Below, piece after piece: positions 16,726 to 26,156 of a stretch of DNA of 64,000 nt. A model generated the notes under the pieces. The model was not told where the DNA came from, searched no databases, and saw nothing but the letters and a program-made list of their open reading frames with translations. Origin of the DNA: an uncultured Clostridia bacterium (GTDB taxonomy: Bacteria > Bacillota > Clostridia > Christensenellales > DTU072); the NCBI GenBank assembly GCA_944363505.1, contig CALVUD010000001.1, positions 85,633 through 149,632 of the forward strand, read 5' to 3'. The translations under genes were made by a program, and so were the position numbers. Within the stretch, counting starts at the first letter, position 1, and each line of letters opens with the position of its first letter.

Positions 16726-17196
16726 CTATTCGTTTTTTACCGTTTTCGTCTTTGCCGTAATTTGAAAATCGCCGTCCCGTTCAAGCTCCAGCTCTCTCTT
16801 TGAAGCTATTTTATCCCGAAACGATTTTTCCTTTTCGCCGTCAAATTCGAAGCCCCGCTCGCCGCTCAGATGTCCGTATCTCGTCGCCCTCGCCGCCGTC
16901 ATTCTCTTCAACCGCCTTTCCCTTAAATATTTCAACTTCTCCCCGGGCGGAACCGCTCTGTATTCCACAGGAATAAATTCTTTGATTATGTACTTACATA
17001 CTTCGCTTACGTTTCTACAACTCCGATATGTATCTTTTACCGTGTCTGTATAAATAAAAAATTTTTTCGCTATAAACCTAAACCGAACATATTTCCCTAT
17101 TATTCGTCGGCATTTTTTAATAGCGGCTCGGCGCTCGATAAATGTCATTAAATAATTTTTAATAACCTCTGAAAAATTAAATATTTTCATAGGCAT
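16726..17196 (-). CDS. hypothetical basic protein (156 aa), no recognisable family
   Basis: It is the only long ORF in this part of the island and is divergent from the XRE pseudogene. TATAAT lies 7-13 nt upstream of the first ATG. The 5' half is AT-rich and the 3' half GC-richer, so it may be chimeric or decayed. Confidence 0.35.
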   Translation of the reverse strand: MPMKIFNFSEVIKNYLMTFIERRAAIKKCRRIIGKYVRFRFIAKKFFIYTDTVKDTYRSCRNVSEVCKYIIKEFIPVEYRAVPPGEKLKYLRERRLKRMTAARATRYGHLSGERGFEFDGEKEKSFRDKIASKRELELERDGDFQITAKTKTVKNE

Positions 17197-17255
17197 TGCC
17201 TATATTATAATAATTAATAATTTTAATTTTATAAAATATAATTATTAGGATTGCT

Positions 17256-17490
17256 ATGATAACTATCGAAGAAATTAGAAAGAATATCCAAGAAGCAATT
17301 ATATTAAGCGGATTGACTCAGACATATATTGCTTCAGAATTATCTATCAAACAGCCAACCGTACAGCAATATATGTCAAGGCAGAGCTTTGCCCTCCTTA
17401 GACACTTTTGCTAATATGTGTAAACTGCTTGATTTAGATGCAAACGATGTTTTAGGAATTAACTCTGTATATAAAGAAAAGAAAGATTAA
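17256..17490 (+). pseudogene. XRE-family HTH regulator interrupted by a +1 frameshift
   Basis: Frame 1 gives MITIEEIRKNIQEAIILSGLTQTYIASELSIKQPTVQQYMS, then runs into a stop at 17412-17414. The next frame, from 17377, continues QGRALPSLDTFANMCKLLDLDANDVLGI..., the canonical second half of an HTH_XRE domain, and ends at 17490. Confidence 0.75.
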
Positions 17491-17492
17491 TT

Positions 17493-17999
17493 ATGGATAA
17501 AGAAACTCGTTCCGGATTAAAAACGCTTGGCTGCTCTATAGGAATTGCCATAATCTCTATTTTATTAATTGTCTCGATCGTATTAATCATTCAATTTGCC
17601 AATAAAATAGATACAAATTCCAAATCCGATAATAAGCCAAGTTCAACAGTAAATTCCAATTCGTCGTATACGGATTATACAGAACCTGAAACGCCGAAGC
17701 TGTTTTCGCGCAATGCAAATATCGGAGATTTAACATTAAACTTGTATAAGGAAGGTTTATTGGAAATACAATACAGTTTTATTCCTAAAAAGGATATTAA
17801 AAATCTTCAAATCACAATAAATATTAAAGATGATGAAAGTACCGTCTTAAATACACAAATTAAAAATTTGGGGAACGTTATAGAAGGAAATCAATATTTT
17901 TTTACTGTGAAATTAACCGAATTATCGTTATCCGGATTTTTTGACGCAAACAATCTAACAATGGCAGTAACAGGCGGCACCGTATCGTATTTTTCATAA
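17493..17999 (+). CDS. single-pass membrane protein with Ser/Asn-rich linker and beta-rich ectodomain (168 aa), no recognisable family
   Basis: N-terminal TM helix IGIAIISILLIVSIVLIIQF, then a polar linker and alternating-pattern sequence. It starts 2 nt after the XRE pseudogene stop. AT-rich. Confidence 0.6.
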   Translation: MDKETRSGLKTLGCSIGIAIISILLIVSIVLIIQFANKIDTNSKSDNKPSSTVNSNSSYTDYTEPETPKLFSRNANIGDLTLNLYKEGLLEIQYSFIPKKDIKNLQITINIKDDESTVLNTQIKNLGNVIEGNQYFFTVKLTELSLSGFFDANNLTMAVTGGTVSYFS

Positions 18000-18034
18000 A
18001 ATTCTATTTTGATATAAAATAATATTGCATAAAT

Positions 18035-18066
18035 GACAATCCACCCGTTTTGCGGGCGGATTGTCT
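18035..18066. terminator. bidirectional terminator hairpin between the island and ynbB
   Basis: GACAATCCACCCG-TTTT-GCGGGCGGATTGTC, a 13-bp stem with one mismatch. Confidence 0.6.
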
Positions 18067-18085
18067 CAAGTATGATAAAATTATT

Positions 18086-19303
18086 TTATACTAAGTCTCG
18101 CAGCGCTTCCGCAAGCGCGAGTTTGACGTGCTCATATGTCAGCCCGCCCTGAAAATACGCTATATACGGCGGTTTGACGGGACCGTCGGCGGATAATTCG
18201 ATGGAGGCTCCCGCGACGAACGTACCTGCCGCCATTATTACCTGTTCGTCGTACCCCGGCATATCCCAAGGCTCGGGAGTTGCAGTCGAATCTACGGGAG
18301 AAACGTATTGTACGCTCTGAATAAACTTTATCATCGGCTCCGGCTTTAAAAATTTGACCGAGCAAACTATATCGGAAGGTATCTCCCCGGGCACAGGCAA
18401 GACTTCGAAACCGAGTTCGTCAAATACGTTGGAAGCTAAAATAACCCCTTTTAACGCGTTTCTGACGACGCTCGGCGCAAGGAAAAGACCCTGGAAAAAC
18501 GGCATGTATCCGAAAGCGTAACTGCCCACCTCCGTTCCTATAGACGGAGAAGTCAGACGAAAGCCTATTTTTTCTATCAATTCGCGTTTCCCTACCACGT
18601 AGCCGCCAGTAGGCGCGATCCCGCCTCCGATATTTTTGATAAGCGAACCCACGACGACGTCGGCGCCGAATTGAGTCGGCTCCTCGGTAAAAACGAATTC
18701 CCCGTAACAGTTATCCACCATTACCACGGTTTCGGGAGACAATTTTTTGATCAAAGCGCACGCGGCGGCGATCTCGGTCAAAGGCAACGCCCGTCTCCAA
18801 TCGTATCCGCGGGATCTGGTCAGCATTACAAGTCCATAACGCTTTTCATTCAGTTTTTTTTCGAGCGTATTCAAATCCACCGAATCGCCTTTTAAAGGTA
18901 TGCTTTCGTATCCGATACCGTATTCTGCCAAAGAACCGTTGTTTTTCCCCGAAATAACCTCTTTCAAGGTGTCGTAAGGTTCGCCCGTTAAACTTATAAA
19001 TGAGTCTCCGGTTTTCAAAAGTCCGAACAAAGCCACCGTCAAAGCATGAGTTCCCGAAACGATATTCGGGGAAACGATCGCGGATTCGGCGCCGAATATT
19101 TTGGCAAAGACTTCGGCGAGTTTTTCCCTGCCGACGTCGCCGTAACCGTATCCGGTGGTTGGATTGAAATGGTGATAACTGACGCCTGCGTCGCGGAATG
19201 CGTCAAGCACTTTTTTTTGATTGACCAACGCGCGGCGATCAAGTTCCTTGAATACAATTTCTGCCCTCTTTTCGGCTTTTTCTATGATTTCGTTGACTTT
19301 CAT
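18086..19303 (-). CDS. ynbB: YnbB-family PLP-dependent protein (methionine gamma-lyase-like; 'aluminum resistance' family)
   Basis: 405 aa. N-terminal FKELDRRALVNQKKVLDAFRDAGVSYHHFNPTTGYGYGDVGREKL is characteristic. It sits downstream of miaA as in many Firmicutes. Confidence 0.8.
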   Translation of the reverse strand: MKVNEIIEKAEKRAEIVFKELDRRALVNQKKVLDAFRDAGVSYHHFNPTTGYGYGDVGREKLAEVFAKIFGAESAIVSPNIVSGTHALTVALFGLLKTGDSFISLTGEPYDTLKEVISGKNNGSLAEYGIGYESIPLKGDSVDLNTLEKKLNEKRYGLVMLTRSRGYDWRRALPLTEIAAACALIKKLSPETVVMVDNCYGEFVFTEEPTQFGADVVVGSLIKNIGGGIAPTGGYVVGKRELIEKIGFRLTSPSIGTEVGSYAFGYMPFFQGLFLAPSVVRNALKGVILASNVFDELGFEVLPVPGEIPSDIVCSVKFLKPEPMIKFIQSVQYVSPVDSTATPEPWDMPGYDEQVIMAAGTFVAGASIELSADGPVKPPYIAYFQGGLTYEHVKLALAEALRDLV

Positions 19304-20214
19304 ATTCTGTACTCCGTAACTTCGACAATATTAAACGCGGCTCCGATATCGTTTTTTATCAAGGCGCAAGGTATTTTTACGACAAAATTTTTATATCTGT
19401 TGTTAAACCATGTTTCCTGCCTTTTGGCATATGCGTTGGTATTTTTTATAACGGCTTCCCTGACAGAATCCTTACTGTCTCCGTATTCGAAATATCTGCG
19501 CCATTCCTTGTAGCCTATTCCCTGCATCGACTGCATATCGAAGTCGACGCCGCTTTCCAAAAGCCCTCGGACTTCGTTTTCGAGTCCGGAACGAAGCATT
19601 CCGTCCACTCGGAGAGCGATCTTTTCCCTTAAAACGGGGCGTTCCTCCGTCAAAACGAACATCTTGACAGGCTCTACGGGTTTAAATGCGGAATGTTGCT
19701 CCGAAATTCTCCTACCCGTCGACAAATACACGTATAACGCCCTTAAAACTCTGACGGTATTGTTGAAATGTACTTTTTCAGCGGTCAAGGGATCAATCTC
19801 TTGTAAGCGCGCGTACATATGCTTTGCGCCTTTGACGCTCAGCTCGTTTTTCAGCTCCGACATCAGTTGTTCGTTTTTTTCGCCCGAACCGCCGTAATCC
19901 ATACTGTATAAAAGAGAATCTATATAAAATCCCGTTCCTCCCACGACGACGGCTTCCTTTCCGCGCGCGGAAATGTGTTCTATCGCTTCGGTCGCGAGTT
20001 TTTTGTAATCGACCACGCTGAACGGTTCCTTCGGCGAAGCCACGTTCACCATATGCAACCTGACCGCCGGCGAAAGATCCTTGGCGGTACCTATGTCCAT
20101 GCCGCGGTAAACCTGCATGGAATCGGCGGAAACAAGCTCCCCGCCCTTACTTTTTGCGATAAATTCGGCAAACGCGCTTTTGCCCGTAGCCGTGGCGCCA
20201 CCGACGATTATCAT
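19300..20214 (-). CDS. miaA: tRNA dimethylallyltransferase
   Basis: MIIVGGATATGKSAFA P-loop, SADSMQVYRGMDIGTAK, VVGGTGFYIDSLL. Start trimmed to the ATG at 20214 (ATGA overlap with the mutL stop; AGGAG RBS). Confidence 0.92.
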   Translation of the reverse strand: MIIVGGATATGKSAFAEFIAKSKGGELVSADSMQVYRGMDIGTAKDLSPAVRLHMVNVASPKEPFSVVDYKKLATEAIEHISARGKEAVVVGGTGFYIDSLLYSMDYGGSGEKNEQLMSELKNELSVKGAKHMYARLQEIDPLTAEKVHFNNTVRVLRALYVYLSTGRRISEQHSAFKPVEPVKMFVLTEERPVLREKIALRVDGMLRSGLENEVRGLLESGVDFDMQSMQGIGYKEWRRYFEYGDSKDSVREAVIKNTNAYAKRQETWFNNRYKNFVVKIPCALIKNDIGAAFNIVEVTEYRI

Positions 20215-22133
20215 ATTTTTCTCCTGAAAAGCTTTCCGAAATCGGCTTTGGAATATATTACCGCCGTAGGTCTGCCGTGAGGACATTGCAATGGCATGCC
20301 CGAAGCAATATAGAAATTCAGTATATGCTCTATCTGTTTTTCGGTAAAAGTCTCGCCTCCCTTCATTGCCGCTTTGCACGCAGCCATAGCGAGAGCGTCC
20401 CTGCCGAGTTTTCCGACAACGTCCTTTTTTTCCGATCTTAACCCTCTGACAACCTCGGAAAGCATGGCTTTAACGTCGACTTTGCCCAAAACCGCAGGTA
20501 CCGAGGATACTTTGACGGCGTCCGAACCGAAGCGCTCGGTTTCGAAGCCGCATTCGGAAAGCGTCTTGCTTTCACTTAATAGAAGCTCTATGTTTTCGGG
20601 TTCGTCCTCGTAAATATAGGGGATCATCACAGGCTGAACGGCAAGTACGTCGGCTTTCATTTCGTTCACGAAATCGTCGAAGATAATTCTTTCGTGCATT
20701 GCGTGTTGATCGATAAAAATAACCTTTCCGCCGCTTTCCACGATAAGATATGTATCGAAAAGCTGACCTATCACGCGGTAATTTGCCGCTTTTTCCACTT
20801 CTTTCAAGGATTCGAGGGATTCATTTACCGGAAACCCGGACTGCCGAGAAGGTTTAGGGGAATACTGTATGTCAACTGTATCCGAATCCGACAAGAATCT
20901 GTTATTATCCACCGCCGAAGCGGAAAACGAGATCGGCGAATCGCCGACTTTAATATTGCTCTTCGACGCGGAAACGCCTTCGCCGCCGCGTATCAGCGCC
21001 AAGGCTTCGCCGAGACTCATATGAGTGCTTTTTTCACTCCCCTGTCGTGATTTTTGCTCCCCTCTCGTCGGATTTTCGGTCTGTTTTTGCGCGTTTTTCG
21101 TTGATTTTATCGTAAAACTTTCGGTGAGCTGTGCTCGGCGTTCGATATCGTACTTTTCAAGCGTATCGCATACGGCTCTGTAAACAGCGCCGTAAACCTG
21201 GCGCGGACGGGCAAATCTGACTTCTTTTTTGTTGGGGTGGACGTTGACGTCTACGTCTAAAAACGGCATGATTATTTCCAGGACGTAAATCGGGAAACAT
21301 CTGTTCATAAGTCTTTCTCCGTAAGCGTTCTGAACGGTTGCCGCAAGGACCGCGTCGGTTATTATTCTGCCGTTCAACACGACTATCTGTTGCGTTTTGT
21401 TGTTTTTGAACACTTCGTACGAGCCGATATATCCGCCTACGCGTATGTTATCCGCACCTTCGTAAGTATCTATTTTCAACATTTTATCCGCTATCTTCGG
21501 TAAAAATACCGAATCTATGGCGCTTTTCAAGCCTTCGCCCGCTGAAGCGTATACGGATTCGCCGTCTGCAAAATAATTAAAAGCCACGTCGGGATTGGCA
21601 AGTATGAACATGAATACGAGCCGCGTGATCTTGCTTTCCTCGGAAGATTTCGAGGACAAAAATTTAAAGCGCGCGGGCGTGTTATAAAACAGATTGTTCA
21701 CCTTTACCGTGGTGCCGAATACGACGGCGGCGTCCTCGAGGGTTGATTTTCCGTTCTTTACCGTAAAGCGCGAGCCGCACTCTTCGTCTATGCTCTTGGT
21801 AAGTATCTCTACCTCGGAAACGGCGGCTATCGAAGCCAGGGCTTCGCCCCTGAAACCTAACGTCGATACGGTGTCAAGATCGGACGCGATTTCTATCTTG
21901 CTGGTCGCATGCGGCAGAACCGTTTTGTGGATCTCTGCCCGCTCTATCCCCGAACCGTTGTCGGAAACTTCTATGCTTTTGATACCGCCGTCCTCGATCC
22001 TGATCCCGATTGCGGTTGCTCCGGCGTCCAACGCATTTTCTACCAGTTCCTTGACCACCGAAGCGGGATTTTCGACGACCTCGCCCGCAGAGATTCTGTT
22101 GTAAACTTCGCTGGGAAGCAAATTTATCTTCAT
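20211..22133 (-). CDS. mutL: DNA mismatch repair protein MutL
   Basis: INLLPSEVYNRISAGEVVENPASVVKELVENALDAGAT GHKL ATPase N-terminus and the C-terminal endonuclease-type motif DQHAMHERI. Confidence 0.95.
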   Translation of the reverse strand: MKINLLPSEVYNRISAGEVVENPASVVKELVENALDAGATAIGIRIEDGGIKSIEVSDNGSGIERAEIHKTVLPHATSKIEIASDLDTVSTLGFRGEALASIAAVSEVEILTKSIDEECGSRFTVKNGKSTLEDAAVVFGTTVKVNNLFYNTPARFKFLSSKSSEESKITRLVFMFILANPDVAFNYFADGESVYASAGEGLKSAIDSVFLPKIADKMLKIDTYEGADNIRVGGYIGSYEVFKNNKTQQIVVLNGRIITDAVLAATVQNAYGERLMNRCFPIYVLEIIMPFLDVDVNVHPNKKEVRFARPRQVYGAVYRAVCDTLEKYDIERRAQLTESFTIKSTKNAQKQTENPTRGEQKSRQGSEKSTHMSLGEALALIRGGEGVSASKSNIKVGDSPISFSASAVDNNRFLSDSDTVDIQYSPKPSRQSGFPVNESLESLKEVEKAANYRVIGQLFDTYLIVESGGKVIFIDQHAMHERIIFDDFVNEMKADVLAVQPVMIPYIYEDEPENIELLLSESKTLSECGFETERFGSDAVKVSSVPAVLGKVDVKAMLSEVVRGLRSEKKDVVGKLGRDALAMAACKAAMKGGETFTEKQIEHILNFYIASGMPLQCPHGRPTAVIYSKADFGKLFRRKI

Positions 22134-24787
22134 TGCTTTTTCTTCCTCTTTTTAGCCGAACTTAATGAGTTTTTAAGGTCGGCTAATATGGTTAACGCTT
22201 GCATGGGAGTAATCGAATCGGGGTCGATGTCGTTTAAAACTCCCTTGATTTTGGTAAATTCAGCGTCTTCGTTAAAGAAACCGAGCTGTTCCTCGCTTGG
22301 TACGGAATCCGTACCGGGGCGCTCGGAAACGCTTTTTTTCAGGTTGATTTCGGAGCTTTCCTCGATCGCGCGAAGGACTTGGGAGGCGCGAGTCAGCACT
22401 TCGTCTTTCAATCCCGCAAGGCGCGCGACTTCCAATCCGAAACTTTTGCTCGCAGCGCCGCGAGAAATTTTATACAGGAATGTTACGCCCGTCTCCGATT
22501 CCTTGACAAGAACGTGATAATTCTTTAATCCGGGCAGCGTGTTTTCAAGCTCCGCGAGTTCGTGATAATGCGTCGCGAAAAGCGTTTTCGCTTTCAGTTT
22601 CAGCGAAAGATATTCGACGATCGCCCACGCTATCGATAAGCCGTCGAGCGTCGAAGTACCCCTTCCCACCTCATCCAGAATTATCAGACTGTCGGGCGTT
22701 GCGTTGTTCAGGATATTCGCCATTTCGGTCATTTCAACCATAAAAGTCGACTGTCCCGAAACGAGATTGTCGCCCGCTCCTACACGCGTGAAAACTCTGT
22801 CAACCACCGATATTTCAGCTTCCGTTGCGGGAACGAAAGAACCCATGTGCGCCATTAGCACGATCAGAGCGACTTCGCGCATATACGTGGACTTACCAGC
22901 CATGTTCGGTCCCGTTATGACAAGCAGTTTGGAATCGGAATCCATGACCGCGTCGTTGGGCACGAATTCGTGCCGGCTTTTGAATACTTCCACTACGGGA
23001 TGTCTGCCGTTTTTGATAATTATTCTGCCGTTTGAAGCGATTTTAGGACGCACATAGCCGTTTTCGAGCGCCAGAGCGGCAAGAGAACATATCAGATCGG
23101 TTTCGCTGACAGCATACGCGTTTGTCTGAAGCTTCGACAGCGCGCCCGAAAGATATTCTTTTAAAGAGCGGTAAACGGATTCTTCCAATGCCAGAGCTTT
23201 TTCCTCTGCGCCCAGGATGACTTCTTCCATTTTCTTGAGTTCTTCGGTTATAAAACGCTCTCCTGTAGTCAAAGTCTGTTTGCGCTCGTATCGATAAGGA
23301 ACGTTTGCGAGATTGCCGTTCGAAACCTCGATATAATAACCGAAAACTCTGTTATAACCGATTTTTAACTGTTTTATGCCCGTTGCGGCGCGCTCTTTGG
23401 CTTCGTATTCGGCGATCCAGCTTTTTGCGGAAGACTTTGCCGAACGCAGTTTATCAAGTTCCTCGGAATAACCCTCGCGTATTACCCCGCCGTCTTTTAT
23501 AGACGTAGGCGGATTGTCTGTTATCGTATCGAAAAGCGCGTTTTTAAGCTCGTCCAAAGGATCGGTCAGCTCGTAAAGTTCTGAAAGCCGTTTGGATTTT
23601 AAAGGCGCCATAGCCTCTTTTAAACGCGAAATGGCTTCGAGCGACGTCGCGATCCCCATACATTCCCTGGGATTTATCGTATTGTAAGCGATCTTGTTCC
23701 TGAGGCGTTCGACGTCTCGGATGTCCTGAAGCGCCGAACGAACTTCTGCAAGAATTTTAGGTTTTTTAACGAATTCCTCGACAGAATCCAATCTTAAATT
23801 TATGTCCGCAGCGCGTCTGAAAGGCGTCAGCACGGCTTTTTTCAACGCCCTGGCGCCCATATTCGTTACGGTTTTGTCCATAACCCACAACAAACTGCCG
23901 TGTTTTGAGCGGTCGAAAAGCGTTTCCGTAAGTTCGAGATTGCGCCTGGTGTTGTAATCGACGAACATTTCATCCGAATTGCGCACGATTTTCGGCGTGG
24001 AGATGTGGTCAAGGTGCTGTTTCTGAGTGGCGGTGATATAATCCAAAAGCCCGCCTAAAGCGCATTTTGCACCCCTTAGCGCGCCTATTCCCAGAGCGTC
24101 CAGAGAGTATACGCCGTAAAATTCTTTGATCGTTTTCTCGGCGTTATCGTCCGAAAAAGCGTATTCATAATGTTTTTCGGGCTTAGGCAATCTGCCGCCC
24201 TCCACGGCATCCGTTTTTATTAAAACAGCATAGCCCTCCGTTTCGGAGATGATCTCCTTCGGGGAAATCTGCAAAAGCCTTTCTTCCGCGCCGACATTCC
24301 CGTCCGCTTCCCACGCCATGGTTTCGCCCGTGGTAACGTCAAGCCATGCGACACCCTCGGAATTTCCTCTTTTGCAGTATGCGGCGATATAACTCATGTC
24401 CGCAGCGTCCAACATGCTGTCGCCCGTAACCGTGCCGGGGGTTATTACCCTGACAACGTCGCGTTTTACCAGACCTTTCTGATCTCCCGGGGCGGTAAGC
24501 TGTTCGCAGATAGCCACCTTTTTGCCGGCTTTTATCAGTCTGGATATGTATGTATCCACGGCGTGATACGGTACGCCGCACATCGGCGCGCGATCTTTCA
24601 GTCCGCAATCCCTGCCCGTCAGGGTCAGGTCGAGTATCTTGCTCGCCTCGATCGCGTCGTCGAAAAACATCTCGTAAAAATCGCCCAGCCTGTACATAAG
24701 TACAGTATCCGGGTAGCCCTTTTTGATCTCACGGTAGTGAATCATCATGGGCGACATTTTTTCCGATGCTGAACCTGCTTTAGCCAT
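22130..24787 (-). CDS. mutS: DNA mismatch repair protein MutS
   Basis: MSPMMIHYREIKKGYPDTVLMYRLGDFYEMFFDDA mismatch-binding N-terminus; GPNMAGKSTYMR Walker A; DEVGRGTST. Start set at the ATG at 24787 (GGAGAGAGGG RBS; 8-nt overlap with the miaB 3' end). Confidence 0.93.
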   Translation of the reverse strand: MAKAGSASEKMSPMMIHYREIKKGYPDTVLMYRLGDFYEMFFDDAIEASKILDLTLTGRDCGLKDRAPMCGVPYHAVDTYISRLIKAGKKVAICEQLTAPGDQKGLVKRDVVRVITPGTVTGDSMLDAADMSYIAAYCKRGNSEGVAWLDVTTGETMAWEADGNVGAEERLLQISPKEIISETEGYAVLIKTDAVEGGRLPKPEKHYEYAFSDDNAEKTIKEFYGVYSLDALGIGALRGAKCALGGLLDYITATQKQHLDHISTPKIVRNSDEMFVDYNTRRNLELTETLFDRSKHGSLLWVMDKTVTNMGARALKKAVLTPFRRAADINLRLDSVEEFVKKPKILAEVRSALQDIRDVERLRNKIAYNTINPRECMGIATSLEAISRLKEAMAPLKSKRLSELYELTDPLDELKNALFDTITDNPPTSIKDGGVIREGYSEELDKLRSAKSSAKSWIAEYEAKERAATGIKQLKIGYNRVFGYYIEVSNGNLANVPYRYERKQTLTTGERFITEELKKMEEVILGAEEKALALEESVYRSLKEYLSGALSKLQTNAYAVSETDLICSLAALALENGYVRPKIASNGRIIIKNGRHPVVEVFKSRHEFVPNDAVMDSDSKLLVITGPNMAGKSTYMREVALIVLMAHMGSFVPATEAEISVVDRVFTRVGAGDNLVSGQSTFMVEMTEMANILNNATPDSLIILDEVGRGTSTLDGLSIAWAIVEYLSLKLKAKTLFATHYHELAELENTLPGLKNYHVLVKESETGVTFLYKISRGAASKSFGLEVARLAGLKDEVLTRASQVLRAIEESSEINLKKSVSERPGTDSVPSEEQLGFFNEDAEFTKIKGVLNDIDPDSITPMQALTILADLKNSLSSAKKRKKKQ

Positions 24788-26105
24788 TTTCAACCCTCTC
24801 TCCGAACAACGCGGAAGCTTTGTTTGACGTAATTCTAACATTGACAAACGAACCGATCAGCGACTTTTCGCCGTGAAAACTCACAAGTCTTCCCGAATCG
24901 GTTCTGCCGACCAAAACACCATCGCGAGGAGCGTCCTCAACCAGAATTTCCTCGGTCTTATTAAGATATTCCGAACTTATTTCGTCGCTTATTCTGTTTT
25001 GCAAAGCTACAAGGCGCGTAATACGCTCCTTTTTAACCTCGGGAGCGACCTGCTCCATAAGCGCTGCCGGCGTTCCCGCTCTCGGAGAATACACGAAAGT
25101 GAACGCGTTCTGAAACCTTACGCGCTCTATGAGATCTACGGTATCCTCGAAATCGGCGTCCGTTTCTCCCGGAAAACCGACCATAACGTCGGTGGTTATC
25201 CCGCAGTCAGGCATGTATTTTCGGATAAGATCGATAAGTTCCAGATATCTCGACCGCGTATATTTGCGGTTCATCGCCTTTAAAACGGCGTCAGAACCCG
25301 CCTGGACGGGAAGATGGACGTTTTTACAGAAATTGGGCGTTTCGGCAATTATTTTGATGACTTCCTCGGAAATGTCCTTGGGGTGCGAAGTCATAAAGCG
25401 CACTCTGAATTTCCCGTCGATTTCCGAAATATCTTTCAAAAGTTTATAAAAATTCGTGCCGTCTTTGAAATCCGATCCGTATGAATCGACGTTTTGCCCG
25501 AGTAACGTGATTTCGGCATATCCCTTATCCGTCAGCGAGCGGATCTCGCCGAGAATATCCGATTTGGCTCGGCTTCTCTCCCTGCCTCGAACGTAAGGAA
25601 CGATGCAATATGTACAAAAATTATTACAGCCGTACATGATGTTGACCCATGCGTTCGGAAAGGACGTTCTGCAAACGGGAACGTCTTCTCGGACCCGGGG
25701 AGAATCGCAAAACGAAATATCTATCTGCGCTCTTCGCTTTTTTAGCGATAATAACTCGTCGATCTTTTCCGATATGTCGTACTGATTGGCGGTTCCCAGA
25801 ATGATGTCGATAAACGGAAACCTTTTTTTAAGCGCTTCGGCGCGTCCGACCTGCTGGGTCATACAACCGGTAACCGCCAGTATCTTATCGGGGTTGGAGC
25901 GCTTCAGCGCCTTGAGTTCTCCGATATAACCTTCGATCTTCTTTTCCGCGGTATCTCTTATGCAACAGGTATTGAAAATTATGACGTCCGCTTCGGAAGC
26001 CGCAGGAGCTAAGACAAGTCCGCGTTCTTCCATAAGACCCGCGAGCTTCTCGGATTCGTGTACGTTCATCTGACAACCGAACGTTTCGATATAGTATTTA
26101 TTCAT
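24780..26105 (-). CDS. miaB: tRNA (N6-isopentenyl adenosine(37)-C2)-methylthiotransferase
   Basis: MTTase N-terminal FGCQMN, radical-SAM CNNFCTYC, and a C-terminal TRAM domain. Confidence 0.93.
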   Translation of the reverse strand: MNKYYIETFGCQMNVHESEKLAGLMEERGLVLAPAASEADVIIFNTCCIRDTAEKKIEGYIGELKALKRSNPDKILAVTGCMTQQVGRAEALKKRFPFIDIILGTANQYDISEKIDELLSLKKRRAQIDISFCDSPRVREDVPVCRTSFPNAWVNIMYGCNNFCTYCIVPYVRGRERSRAKSDILGEIRSLTDKGYAEITLLGQNVDSYGSDFKDGTNFYKLLKDISEIDGKFRVRFMTSHPKDISEEVIKIIAETPNFCKNVHLPVQAGSDAVLKAMNRKYTRSRYLELIDLIRKYMPDCGITTDVMVGFPGETDADFEDTVDLIERVRFQNAFTFVYSPRAGTPAALMEQVAPEVKKERITRLVALQNRISDEISSEYLNKTEEILVEDAPRDGVLVGRTDSGRLVSFHGEKSLIGSFVNVRITSNKASALFGERVENG

Positions 26106-26156
26106 ACTATGATAGTATATAATTTTATGGACGAATAAGCAAGCATATTTTCGTTT

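Larger units (their letters stand above)
15378..18085. other. AT-rich, low-coding island between the recombinase and ynbB (possible degraded integrated element)
   Basis: By eye this stretch is far more AT-rich than the flanks. 15378-16725 has no credible ORF and an A-rich plus strand. The few genes present are orphans or broken. Confidence 0.5.

Noticed and set aside
19300-20379. N-terminal extensions in the ORF track for miaA (to 20379), mutS (to 24847), rnhA (from 11152), truB (to 40029), pheS (to 36528), pyrH (to 62368), rpsB (to 63909), the surface protein (to 54114) and the XRE gene (to 8553).
   Set aside because: The extensions overlap upstream genes or lack an RBS. Internal starts coincide with conserved protein N-termini, good SD sequences and typical ATGA/GTGA coupling overlaps.
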